A stretch of DNA of 20,000 nt from an uncultured virus (IMG/VR IMGVR_UViG_3300005253_002810) (taxonomy: Duplodnaviria > Heunggongvirae > Uroviricota > Caudoviricetes): the IMG/VR virus record IMGVR_UViG_3300005253_002810. One strand, written 5' to 3'. The position numbers were made by a program, and so were the translations under genes. Every line of letters starts with the position of its first letter. Positions within the stretch are counted from its first letter, which is position 1. Under the pieces are notes generated by a model, which was given only the letters and a program-made list of their open reading frames with translations, ran no database searches and had not been told where the DNA came from. This document shows, one piece after another, positions 1-8,713 of this stretch.

Positions 1-1
1 T

Positions 2-1051
2 GTAAGCCTTGATAAGGCCGAAAAGGTTCTGCGTGGCACGGAGCAGGTTTATACACAAAAAACTCTAAAAGAGTATATGCCTGAGTTTAGGGATGACTTC
101 GTGAAGAAGTCAAAAGACCCCACCATTGGGCAGGGAATCCTTACTGGCTACTCATATATGGATTACATTACCAATGGTTTGCAGCCATCGGACTTTGCTA
201 TAGTCGGAGGTCAAACGGGATCAGGTAAAAGTTTGTTGCTTGCCAATATGGCTAAGCAGATGTGGATGCAAGGCAACACCATCGACCAAACAGGTAACTT
301 TTCCAAGGGTTACAATGTCTTGTATTTCTCTTTAGAGATGCCATATGACCAATGTGCCAGACGCACAATGGCTAGCATGTCTGATGTATCTACTTATTCT
401 CTACGTGATTGCCAAATTTCAGATTCTGGTCAATTGGCGCGATTGGCTAACTCCGCAAACTTCATTAAGAATTATCCGTATGAATTTGATATTGTTGATA
501 TCCCTCGTGGTGTTACCGTTGGGCAGATTGAAGAACGCTTTTTAGAGGCTGTTGCTAAAGGGCACAGGCCAGATGTGGTTGTAATTGACTATCTTGGCCT
601 GATGGATGCGCCAGGCGAAGATGGTGATGATTGGCTTAGACTGGGTCACATAGCTGGTAAGCTGCATGAGTTCGCACGTACATACAATATAGTGCTACTT
701 TCTGCCGTACAGTTAAATAGGCCTAAATCTAAAGACCCAGATGACGCAATAGGATTGCATAGAATAGGCAGATCGTCAAACATTATGCATCATGCTACAC
801 TTGGTATTCAAATTTTAACGAGAAAAAATGAGGACAATTTCGGTGATTTAGAATATCACATCATCAAGAATCGCAATGGAGAAAGAGGAAAGCATAATCT
901 CCATAAGAGCTTTAAGACAGGGTCTTTAATAGATATTGTTGATGAAGATGGAAATAGCTATGTGCCACAGACATCTGATGAGATAGGTGGATTTTCAAAT
1001 GCCAATGTTATGGAAGATATTTCTGGCAAATTGGCTGAATTAGGTTGGTAA
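2..1051 (+). CDS. dnaB: DnaB-like (SF4) replicative helicase, C-terminal ATPase domain; 5' end lies outside the window
   Basis: The frame is open from nt 2 (VSLDKAEKVLRG...). Motifs: Walker A GGQTGSGKS, YFSLEM, Walker B VVVIDYLG, AVQLNR, and arginine-finger region IIKNRNG. Confidence 0.93.
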   Translation, partial: VSLDKAEKVLRGTEQVYTQKTLKEYMPEFRDDFVKKSKDPTIGQGILTGYSYMDYITNGLQPSDFAIVGGQTGSGKSLLLANMAKQMWMQGNTIDQTGNFSKGYNVLYFSLEMPYDQCARRTMASMSDVSTYSLRDCQISDSGQLARLANSANFIKNYPYEFDIVDIPRGVTVGQIEERFLEAVAKGHRPDVVVIDYLGLMDAPGEDGDDWLRLGHIAGKLHEFARTYNIVLLSAVQLNRPKSKDPDDAIGLHRIGRSSNIMHHATLGIQILTRKNEDNFGDLEYHIIKNRNGERGKHNLHKSFKTGSLIDIVDEDGNSYVPQTSDEIGGFSNANVMEDISGKLAELGW

Positions 1052-1052
1052 T

Positions 1053-1243
1053 ATGAAGGAGATAGATAAATATCACACGGTTGCAGAAGCGGTCAGAGTA
1101 GAACATGACCAGATGATACTGTATATTTGGTGTTTCAAATTATTGATGAAAAGTTTAAGAGAAAAATTAAGAACGATTGGACTAAAGATTTGCCGCTTAT
1201 GCTTATAAATAAGAGGCTTGTAGAATTTGAAGGTGATAAATGA
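1053..1243 (+). pseudogene. Small (~63 aa) hypothetical gene split by an apparent 1-bp deletion near 1109-1111 (pseudogene or sequencing error)
   Basis: ATG at 1053 follows the helicase stop and reads MKEIDKYHTVAEAVRVEHD. The -1 frame from 1109 reads PDDTVYLVFQIIDEKFKRKIKNDWTKDLPLMLINKRLVEFEGDK and ends at TGA 1241-1243 in an ATGA overlap with the next gene. Confidence 0.55.
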
Positions 1244-1539
1244 ATTTTGAACGCAAAGGGCCTCCGCCGAAAGATTTTTATTTGAGTGATTTTTTTGAGC
1301 GTAAGGGCTCTCCGTCTAAATGTTCATTAGAAGTTCAACTTAAAGCAAGATTTTTAAAGGCTGCAAACGATGATGGTAGTCATAATCGTGAAAGTAGCAA
1401 GTGGGAAGTAATGGAAGGTGATAGGGTTGTGATTGAGTTAACTGTTAAGGAACTTACTGATAACATTGAGTTAGATTATGAATCAATAGCTACGCCTGAA
1501 TTCGGTAGGGTTTTGCTTGAAAAAATAAGGAGTAACTAA
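1240..1539 (+). CDS. Hypothetical protein (99 aa) with a duplicated N-terminal FERKGxPxK motif
   Basis: ORF track; GAAGGTG upstream as a possible RBS; stop overlaps the next ATG (TAATG). Confidence 0.7.
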   Translation: MNFERKGPPPKDFYLSDFFERKGSPSKCSLEVQLKARFLKAANDDGSHNRESSKWEVMEGDRVVIELTVKELTDNIELDYESIATPEFGRVLLEKIRSN

Positions 1540-1925
1540 TGCCAACATATGAACATCTATGTAACGCCTGTGAGTATGAATGGGAAGAGTTTTATAGCAT
1601 AGTCAAGGATCCTCCAACACTGTGCCCAGAATGTAAGATGGACGGTAAAGTGAAACGACTTATCTCTGGTGGCTCTGGCAGGGGCATTGTGATACTTACT
1701 GGACATGATCTAAGTGCTCATTGCAAGGCTGAGGGTAGGAAGATCGCTAGACAAGCAATGAAGGACGAGAACTTAAAAGCTAATCTAATTGGTGAAGAAA
1801 AATATCATAACCAATTGCTACAGACATCGCAAATTACGAATGAGCTGGTTAAGATTGGCGAGAATGCACCGACCAAAAAGCAACAAAAGAAAAAAGGCGT
1901 AATTAGAAGGGTCGATAAAAAATAA
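1539..1925 (+). CDS. FmdB-family zinc-ribbon protein with a basic C-terminal extension
   Basis: MPTYEHLCNACEYEWE...CPECKMDGKVKRLIS fits the MPxYEYxCxxC...CPxC...vkRliS pattern. RBS AAGGAG lies upstream. Confidence 0.85.
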   Translation: MPTYEHLCNACEYEWEEFYSIVKDPPTLCPECKMDGKVKRLISGGSGRGIVILTGHDLSAHCKAEGRKIARQAMKDENLKANLIGEEKYHNQLLQTSQITNELVKIGENAPTKKQQKKKGVIRRVDKK

Positions 1926-2083
1926 TGACTTATAGTGATAAAAAAACCCTGATAGACTCATTAAAAATTATTCTCGACACTAACGATGTTGAGCTCATTA
2001 AATTAATGATTGAGTCTGTTATCGAGAGGTTAGAAGAGATACCGATTGATAGTGACACTTCAAATCATATCACTCTTAAATAG
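1925..2083 (+). CDS. Small hypothetical protein (52 aa), not in the ORF track
   Basis: TAATG coupling at 1923-1927. It reads MTYSDKKTLIDSLKIILDTNDVELIKLMIESVIERLEEIPIDSDTSNHITLK* and fills the gap before the sigma factor. Confidence 0.65.
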   Translation: MTYSDKKTLIDSLKIILDTNDVELIKLMIESVIERLEEIPIDSDTSNHITLK

Positions 2084-2090
2084 GACGTTT

Positions 2091-2729
2091 ATGAAGAGGC
2101 TTTCTCAGGAAGAAATTGATGTTATTTCACGAAAATACTTAGAACTTAAAAACAAATCTAATTCTGGCTTACCAGAAGACGTGGCAAGGTTTAAGGCTTA
2201 TCAAAACTATTGTATGGGTAAGTTTGGCTACCTGGTAAAAATCAGATCTGCTAAGTATCGGAAATTCTCCAACCATCCAGACTTAGAACAAGATGGTTTT
2301 GAGGCGCTTATATTAGCGTTCAACACTTTTGATCCAGATAAGGGTAGCTTTTCTTGGTGGGCCGATAAGTATATCAGCACCCGGATTTCGAGGGCTGCCA
2401 ATGCACATTCTACAATTAGATTCCCAATTAAAAAGGCTAAAAAGCTTAAGCCTTACAAAACAAATACCATTCCAATTATAATTGATAAAGGCGCAAGTCC
2501 TTATCAATCAGTGGAAGAGTATGAAAGCAGTATAAATATAAGCGACGCTATAAGCCGTCTTTCTGGTTCGCATAGGGATGTTATTAATATGACTTATGGA
2601 TTCAATGGCGTAAAAGAACGAACTGTTGGTGTAGTATTGAAGGATCTCGACATTAGCAGGCCACAGTATGCTAAGCTCCTCAGAGAAGCAAAAGAACAAA
2701 TTAGACAACAACTTGTAATATTGAAGTGA
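2091..2729 (+). CDS. Phage-encoded RNA polymerase sigma factor, sigma-70 family (regions 2 and 4)
   Basis: Region 2: DLEQDGFEALILAFNTFDPDKGSFSWWADKYI. Region 4 HTH: LSGSHRDVINMTYGFNGVKERTV...LDISRPQYAKLLREAKEQIR. Start moved to ATG 2091 (AGGA upstream; avoids overlap with the 52-aa ORF). Confidence 0.88.
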   Translation: MKRLSQEEIDVISRKYLELKNKSNSGLPEDVARFKAYQNYCMGKFGYLVKIRSAKYRKFSNHPDLEQDGFEALILAFNTFDPDKGSFSWWADKYISTRISRAANAHSTIRFPIKKAKKLKPYKTNTIPIIIDKGASPYQSVEEYESSINISDAISRLSGSHRDVINMTYGFNGVKERTVGVVLKDLDISRPQYAKLLREAKEQIRQQLVILK

Positions 2730-2736
2730 TTAATAA

Positions 2737-5700
2737 ATGAATGAAATATATACTTATGATGAAGCACTTAGTGTTTCTACAGAATATTTTTATGGTGATT
2801 CTCTGGTGGCAGGAGTTTTTGTTGATAAATATGCTTTAAAAGATGGCGATGATATTTATGAGTCTACTCCGCATGATATGCATGTCCGTTTAGCGAAAGA
2901 GTTTGCAAGAATAGACTCCGAAAAGTACGGATTAGATTACCAAGAAAGATATGAAGTATATTTTGATGCTCTAAATGGGTTTTCTAGAATTGTACCGGGC
3001 GGAAGCGTCATGTCTGCAATTGGTAATAAATTTCAATATATGTCAGCATCCAACTGTGTGGTCGTTGAGCCACCACAAGATAATATAGGCGACATTTTTG
3101 ATACAGCCAAGGCATTAGCTCAACTCTTTAAACGAAGGTGTGTCGCATCAGGATCAAAAGTAATCACGCAAGAATACGGCGTTTTAAATATTGATAATGT
3201 TGAACCGGGCATGCATGTTCTTTCCTACGATATCAATTATCGCCAAACAGTGTTTAAAAAAGTGCTTGAGACACTTAAAACATATGTAGCACCAGAAGAT
3301 CGTGTTGTTTTGAAATATTCTAATGGCACAACATTAAGAACATCTAAAAAGCATCCAATACTTGAGGTTAATAACTCAGGGCATGCTTATATCAAAGCAG
3401 GAGATATATGTACTGGAAGCATTAATATAAAGCCAAATATCAGTACAGACGTTAATCTTTTTGAAAGAAATAATTTGGCATGGTTTATTGGTGCCCATAT
3501 GGGAGACGGAAGCGCAGATAAAGTTGTTGTAGGTGATGATCGTGGTAGATATGATAGGGTAAGATTTAGAATATTAGGCGATAATGAAGATATAATTAGT
3601 AAGTATTGCGAAATTCATAATAATATAACAGGGAATAATTCTAATTATCACCCCAGTTATAGGAAAAGTTATAAAACAGCCTGTTGGGAGTTCTCATCAT
3701 CTGTTGTAGGGAACGAGGAGCTTATAAAGTGTGTTTTTGACAATCAGGTTGGTTCAAAAACCTATACTGGTTTTATCCCACAAGTTATTCGTGGCGACAG
3801 ATTGTGGTGGTCATTTTTAGCTGGTTTAATTGACGCGGATGGTACAGTAAAAAGCGGTGGTCAGCGAATTGTTATTGGCATTTGTGCCCATAAAATTATA
3901 GATCAATTGTCAGCCTTTTTGCATGCGCAAGGAGTTAGTACACATTTATTGATCCGTGAAAATGTTCGCCCAAATGAGAAGCCAATTTATCAGCTTGGTA
4001 TTCATTATGATGTTGGCTTATGGAGACTGATCTCTAATTTGTTAGTTCATCCACATAAAAAATGTTTATTGGAACTCTATGATGGGAAACAGCATTCTTT
4101 AAGAAAACCATTGTTGGATACAGAGTTTGAAACAATAATAAGCAAATACGAAAGTTTTAAGAAAGACTGGAGTAATTATGATCATAGGCTATTAGCTGTC
4201 AACATCTATTATCTTAAAAAGGAAAAAAGCCCCGGAATCGGCAAGGCTTTTGCAAGCCAGCTAGTTAGACTGGGTATTTTTGAGCCCAATGAGATGATTC
4301 ATATTATGAGCAGAATATCATTGGTTTCTATAGAACAAGATCACGATTCAGAATTATATTTTGATATAGAGGTTGAAAATACAAATAATTTTTACTGTGG
4401 CAATTTTGGTTTGGCAGTGATTCATAATTGTGGTGTCGGAACGGATTTGTCTGTTTTGCGCCCAGAACAATCAGCTGTTACAAATGCCGCCAAGACATCT
4501 AGTGGGGCTTGGTCTTTTGCAGAGCTGTATTCTAATGTTACCGGCATGATCTGTCAAAGCGGCCGTAGAGGCGCCTGCATGCTGACACTGGATGTGCATC
4601 ACCCAGATGTGTTGCGATTTATCAAGATGAAGTCTGACAAAACTAAAGTTACAAATGCTAATGTATCTATCCGTCTTAGCGATGAGTTTCTTAAGGCAGT
4701 AGAAAAAGAAACGGATTATGAGCTGCGCTGGCCATGCCATGGTGAGACCAAAATATCACAAAAAGTTAGCGCTAAAATGGTTTGGGATGAAATTACTAAA
4801 CATGCCGCCGAAGATGGAGACCCAGGCATTATGTTTTGGGATAATATTTGCGACAATCTGCCGGCTAATAATTATGAACAATTTCGCGCAGTTACAACAA
4901 ATCCATGTGGCGAAATTCCATTAAGCAGTTATGATTCTTGTCGATTAATTTCTATAAACTTAACGGCCTATGTAAGAAATCCATTTGTAGATAATGTCTA
5001 TTTTGATAATAAAGCATTTGTGAAAGATATTAGAATTGCCATGCAGATGATTGATAATTTGGTAGATTTAGAGATTGAGCTTATAGATAGAGTTAAAACT
5101 GTTTGTGATAAGGGTTTTGAAACTGATATTTGGAATAAGCTGCAAAAATCTGGAGAATTGGGCAGAAGAACGGGCCTTGGCACTCATGGCTTGGCCGATA
5201 TGCTGGTACAAATGAAGATAAGTTATGATTCCGATGAAGCTTTAGATATCATTGATAAGATCTATAGCAAGCTAAGGAATGAAGCATATAGAAAGTCCAT
5301 AGATTTAGCTAAAGAAAGAGGTCCATTCCCCATTTTTGACTGGGAAAAGGAGAAAGATAATAAGTTCATCAAAAGGCTACCATTAAAAATCAGAGAGGAT
5401 ATGCAGAAGCACGGTCGCAGAAACATTTCAATATTGACACAGGCTCCAACGGGCTCTGTTTCTATTGTTAGTAAGCTTGGCAACTTTGACGCATATAATG
5501 TGTCCTCTGGAATAGAACCGATATTTCAAATAAGCTATATACGCAAGCGGAAAGTTGATGCAAAAAATGGCGACATAGACCATTTTGATGAAGTTGGTAA
5601 TGCTTGGAGAGAATATAGGGTGTTTCATTCAAATGCGAAGTGTTATTTAGATATGTTTGGGATAAAAGCGGATACGCTTCCTGAATATTTTATCACTTCT

Positions 5701-6450
5701 GATAACATTGACTGGACAAGACGTGTTAAGCTTCAAGGGGTTGAACAGAAATACATTGATCATAGCATTAGTTCAACGATAAATCTTCCTAGGAATACAA
5801 GCTCGCAAGTGATTGCAGATATTTATTGGAGCGCCTGGAAAAATGGTCTAAAAGGCATTACTGTTTATGTAGAGGGAACAAAAGGCGGAGTTCTCGTTTC
5901 TGATACTGATAATTGTGGCAGACCTACGAAAATTATTACATCAAATGCACCTAAACGGCCAAAAGAGCTTAAGTGTGAAATTCATTACGCTACCATAAAG
6001 GGAGTTAGATGGGCGGTATTGATTGGCCTATTGCATAATGATCCATATGAAATGTTCATGGGGATGGCAGAAAGGTTTAACATCAATAAACCTAAAGACG
6101 CTAAAATTGTAAAGGTAAAAAAAGGGATATATAATTTATTGACAAGTAATAATGAGTTGTTAGTATCTAATATCGTAAAAACATCAGATAATGAGGGCGG
6201 TGCATGGACATCTAGAGTTATGTCTATGGCTTTGCGTCATGGTATTCCTGTAGATTATTTAGTGGAACAGTTGTCAAAAGATGGCAGCGTGGTGGATATT
6301 AATAATGTATTGGCCAGGCTTTTAAGGCGATATATGAGGATAAGAGATAAAACCCGCCAAGAAATATGTCCACAATGTGGTGGCCCTAATCTCATATATT
6401 CTGAGGGATGTAAAAAGTGTGGAAGCTGTTCATGGACAGGATGTGGATAA
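2737..6450 (+). CDS. nrdJ: Class II (adenosylcobalamin-dependent) ribonucleotide reductase precursor with intein; about 807 aa after splicing
   Basis: Motifs SNCVV, QSGRRGA, TNPCGEIPL (thiyl Cys), SCRLISINL, RRTGLG, QAPTGSVS, SSGIEP, QKYIDHSISSTINLP and GLKGITVY. C-terminal TSCPD-like region and Zn ribbon CPQCG...EGCKKCGSCSWTGCG. No beta-subunit gene is adjacent. Confidence 0.93.
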   Translation: MNEIYTYDEALSVSTEYFYGDSLVAGVFVDKYALKDGDDIYESTPHDMHVRLAKEFARIDSEKYGLDYQERYEVYFDALNGFSRIVPGGSVMSAIGNKFQYMSASNCVVVEPPQDNIGDIFDTAKALAQLFKRRCVASGSKVITQEYGVLNIDNVEPGMHVLSYDINYRQTVFKKVLETLKTYVAPEDRVVLKYSNGTTLRTSKKHPILEVNNSGHAYIKAGDICTGSINIKPNISTDVNLFERNNLAWFIGAHMGDGSADKVVVGDDRGRYDRVRFRILGDNEDIISKYCEIHNNITGNNSNYHPSYRKSYKTACWEFSSSVVGNEELIKCVFDNQVGSKTYTGFIPQVIRGDRLWWSFLAGLIDADGTVKSGGQRIVIGICAHKIIDQLSAFLHAQGVSTHLLIRENVRPNEKPIYQLGIHYDVGLWRLISNLLVHPHKKCLLELYDGKQHSLRKPLLDTEFETIISKYESFKKDWSNYDHRLLAVNIYYLKKEKSPGIGKAFASQLVRLGIFEPNEMIHIMSRISLVSIEQDHDSELYFDIEVENTNNFYCGNFGLAVIHNCGVGTDLSVLRPEQSAVTNAAKTSSGAWSFAELYSNVTGMICQSGRRGACMLTLDVHHPDVLRFIKMKSDKTKVTNANVSIRLSDEFLKAVEKETDYELRWPCHGETKISQKVSAKMVWDEITKHAAEDGDPGIMFWDNICDNLPANNYEQFRAVTTNPCGEIPLSSYDSCRLISINLTAYVRNPFVDNVYFDNKAFVKDIRIAMQMIDNLVDLEIELIDRVKTVCDKGFETDIWNKLQKSGELGRRTGLGTHGLADMLVQMKISYDSDEALDIIDKIYSKLRNEAYRKSIDLAKERGPFPIFDWEKEKDNKFIKRLPLKIREDMQKHGRRNISILTQAPTGSVSIVSKLGNFDAYNVSSGIEPIFQISYIRKRKVDAKNGDIDHFDEVGNAWREYRVFHSNAKCYLDMFGIKADTLPEYFITSDNIDWTRRVKLQGVEQKYIDHSISSTINLPRNTSSQVIADIYWSAWKNGLKGITVYVEGTKGGVLVSDTDNCGRPTKIITSNAPKRPKELKCEIHYATIKGVRWAVLIGLLHNDPYEMFMGMAERFNINKPKDAKIVKVKKGIYNLLTSNNELLVSNIVKTSDNEGGAWTSRVMSMALRHGIPVDYLVEQLSKDGSVVDINNVLARLLRRYMRIRDKTRQEICPQCGGPNLIYSEGCKKCGSCSWTGCG
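3139..4428 (+). mobile_element. Intein (430 aa) with a LAGLIDADG homing endonuclease, inserted in nrdJ at KRR|CGVG
   Basis: N-terminus CVASGSKVIT; block B LRTSKKHPI; block C LAWFIGAHMGDGS; block E FLAGLIDADG (LAGLIDADG at 3817-3843); block F YFDIEVENTNNF; C-terminal IHN followed by +1 Cys. Removal restores FKRRCGVGTDLS. Confidence 0.95.
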
Positions 6451-6454
6451 GCAA

Positions 6455-6703
6455 ATGTCTTTAAAACATAGTCATAACAAGATTAAGCTAATAAATGAGC
6501 TGCAAGATTTAGAACGGGATCAAGAACGGGATCAAGAATATGATTTTGATGCTTGTATAGATTCTTTGAGTGATGCCGAAAATAGGCTGTGTGAAACGCA
6601 GGACGCATTAGCAAAACTAGAGTTTGCAGATCCGACCGACGAAAAATACATGGAAGCGGTCGAAGAAGCCAATGAGGTTCTAAAGAAATATGGAGCTGAC
6701 TAG
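6455..6703 (+). CDS. Acidic, helical hypothetical protein (82 aa)
   Basis: Start moved to ATG 6455, just after the nrdJ stop. Reads MSLKHSHNKIKLINELQDLERDQERDQEYDF... Confidence 0.7.
   Translation: MSLKHSHNKIKLINELQDLERDQERDQEYDFDACIDSLSDAENRLCETQDALAKLEFADPTDEKYMEAVEEANEVLKKYGAD
6511..6538 (+). repeat. 12-bp in-frame tandem duplication (AGAACGGGATCA x2.3; ERDQ ERDQ E)
   Basis: The exact duplication is visible in the sequence. Confidence 0.9.
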
Positions 6704-7094
6704 ATTAGCAGATAGGGGTAACTTTAGACAGGTAGAGGAAGAATGGCAATATGAATTTACTGTCTATGTCTTAATTAATCTGGGTATTCCTGAGGATATT
6801 CTTGAAGGTTGTTTTCCTGAAAATATGGCTGACTTTACAGTCGAACATAAGATGGAGCTTAAGAGGCACCTGAAAAAAAACTTTATAACAATTGTCGATG
6901 ACCGAGATGGTGGATTAAAGTTTTATTTAGAAGTGCAAGAAGATGACAAGCGAGAATTCGTTTTAGTTGCAGATTGGAAAAAATGTAGATTCAACTATAG
7001 GGCCGACCCAACTGAGGTTGACCCCAAAAAACAAATGTATGTTGAAGTTATAGCGGATGTTTGGACGATTTTTGAAGAACTTGAAGAGGAATAA
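6690..7094 (+). CDS. Hypothetical protein (134 aa)
   Basis: ORF track; overlaps the upstream gene, and its stop abuts the next ATG. Confidence 0.8.
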   Translation: MELTRLADRGNFRQVEEEWQYEFTVYVLINLGIPEDILEGCFPENMADFTVEHKMELKRHLKKNFITIVDDRDGGLKFYLEVQEDDKREFVLVADWKKCRFNYRADPTEVDPKKQMYVEVIADVWTIFEELEEE

Positions 7095-7379
7095 ATGAAA
7101 TTAACAGAAGAAGAATTAAAAGCGCTTCAGGGAACTCAGCTGACCTCAATAACTATGAAGCTCAAATCGGATACCGCCACTGTTGAGTCAGGAAGGGCCC
7201 TAGCAGAGGCCCGAGTAGCAGAATTAGAATACGAAAATACTTTACTCAAGATATATCTTCATTATGGACTAACTGATAATCATATCATAAATGAGACTAC
7301 AGGGCTCATTAAAGCAAAAAAGGAAGAAAATGACGATGACACAAGCACAGAGAGCCAAGACGATCAAAGAACTGAATGA
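7095..7379 (+). CDS. Hypothetical coiled-coil protein (94 aa)
   Basis: ORF track; GAGGA RBS upstream. Confidence 0.75.
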   Translation: MKLTEEELKALQGTQLTSITMKLKSDTATVESGRALAEARVAELEYENTLLKIYLHYGLTDNHIINETTGLIKAKKEENDDDTSTESQDDQRTE

Positions 7380-7644
7380 TGCGATTTCTTTAAGAAATCA
7401 CATTTATATATTGGTAAACGGGCCTCGTACCACATTGATTTCTAAAGATGAAGAAAGACAACTTCGTTCGTTTGCAAGTCAATTGGATAGAGAAGTAGTT
7501 GAAAAATCTTTAGAGATGGTTATTGTACCTGAGACGCCCAAGCTGGTTGTGAAAAAGACACATAAGGCTATGACCCAGGCAAACGCCATTAAGGCTGAAG
7601 AAAAGGTCAGGCCAAAAGGATCGTTTAGACGAGTAAGTGAGTAA
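7330..7644 (+). CDS. Hypothetical protein (~104 aa)
   Basis: ORF track frame; likely start ATG 7330 or 7336 after AGGAAG. Confidence 0.7.
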   Translation: MTMTQAQRAKTIKELNDAISLRNHIYILVNGPRTTLISKDEERQLRSFASQLDREVVEKSLEMVIVPETPKLVVKKTHKAMTQANAIKAEEKVRPKGSFRRVSE

Positions 7645-8455
7645 AATGAGATTTGCGGCTAATAATGATGCTTTTTCAGGCATCCAATTCGTTGTGCTTA
7701 AAGATAACAAATGGTTTGAGAAACAGAAACATGCCGGCTATGTGGCGGCAAAATGCTTGCAATTTGTCAAGAAGACTATCGAATCTTGCACTCCGAATCT
7801 ATCTCTAAAAGATATTGAGGCGGAATGTGTTGAGATTATTGAGTACGAAAAATGCACTCCAACTTTCAAGGGTTATAAAGGATTTCCCGGTGCCATTTGT
7901 ATTTCGGTTAACAAACAGCTTGTTCACGGAATACCGACAGATTATATTCTTCAAATTGGCGATGTGGTAACTGTTGACCTTGGTGCCACCTTTGAGGGAG
8001 TTATAGGTGATGCGGCAATGACGTATATATATGGTGAACCTAAAAGCCAGGAGCATGTCAAACTATTAAAAACATGCGAGGGTGCCTTATACGCAGCTAT
8101 AGGGGCAATAGCCATAGGAAAGCCGCTAGGCAGCATAGGTGAGGCTATACATCGATATACAAGAAACTCAGGATTCTATCTGATTACTAATTATGGTGGT
8201 CATGGTATCGATTTGAACACACCTCACGCTCAACCTTTTGTTGCTAATAGATCAAAGCGTGATGAGGGAATTAGGATTCAGCCCGGCCTCTCTATTGCAT
8301 TGGAGCCTATGTTGGCGATAAATAGCTCAAAAACAAAAACTCTAAATGATGGCTGGACCGTGAAAACACGAGGTATTAGCGCTCATTTTGAGCACTCTAT
8401 ATTTGTTGGCGAAGATAAAGTGCATGTGATGACAGATTGGGAGCATTTGGAATGA
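7637..8455 (+). CDS. map: Methionine aminopeptidase, type I (M24A)
   Basis: Motifs GFPGAICISVN, VHGIP, GDVVTVDLG, GDAAMT, YGGHGI, LEPM, DGWTVKT and SAHFEHSI. All five metal ligands (D, D, H, E, E) are present. Confidence 0.95.
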   Translation: MSKMRFAANNDAFSGIQFVVLKDNKWFEKQKHAGYVAAKCLQFVKKTIESCTPNLSLKDIEAECVEIIEYEKCTPTFKGYKGFPGAICISVNKQLVHGIPTDYILQIGDVVTVDLGATFEGVIGDAAMTYIYGEPKSQEHVKLLKTCEGALYAAIGAIAIGKPLGSIGEAIHRYTRNSGFYLITNYGGHGIDLNTPHAQPFVANRSKRDEGIRIQPGLSIALEPMLAINSSKTKTLNDGWTVKTRGISAHFEHSIFVGEDKVHVMTDWEHLE

Positions 8456-8649
8456 AATTAGAATTTGATGATAAAGGTTATAACTTCATAGAATTTAAAG
8501 AGGCTAAAGATTCCGGCAAGATAGCTGTGGTTTTATCATCTAAGGATGGTAGCAACCCCAACAAAACGATAGTAAATTCTGCAGAAATTACCAAGGAGCA
8601 ATTCATAGAATTAATATCCGGCTTAGACTTGTCGAGCGGATTGCTTTAG
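8452..8649 (+). CDS. Hypothetical protein (65 aa)
   Basis: ATGA overlap with the map stop; GGGAG RBS upstream; reads MKLEFDDKGYNF... Confidence 0.75.
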   Translation: MKLEFDDKGYNFIEFKEAKDSGKIAVVLSSKDGSNPNKTIVNSAEITKEQFIELISGLDLSSGLL

Positions 8650-8713
8650 AGGGCTTAATTTTGTACTGAGTAATCAGTTAATATAAACAAAAAAGAAGAA
8701 AGATAGGTAAATT

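Noticed and set aside
2046..2090. ORF-track upstream starts for the sigma factor (2046) and other genes (6377, 7291, 8437, 9863, 13655, 16160, 18922)
   Set aside because: Downstream starts have better RBSs or stop-start coupling and avoid long overlaps with the preceding genes.
4224..4240. Possible in-window target of the predicted guide (AAAAGCCCCGGAATC in the intein)
   Set aside because: It has an extra C in the seed, only a short match and no TTTAA-like motif 5' of it, so it is likely chance.
8661..8687. Sigma-70 promoter (TTGTAC...TATAAA) with a small ACTGA/TCAGT inverted repeat before the wHTH gene
   Set aside because: The spacer is only 15 bp and the 5-bp arms are too short to distinguish from chance.
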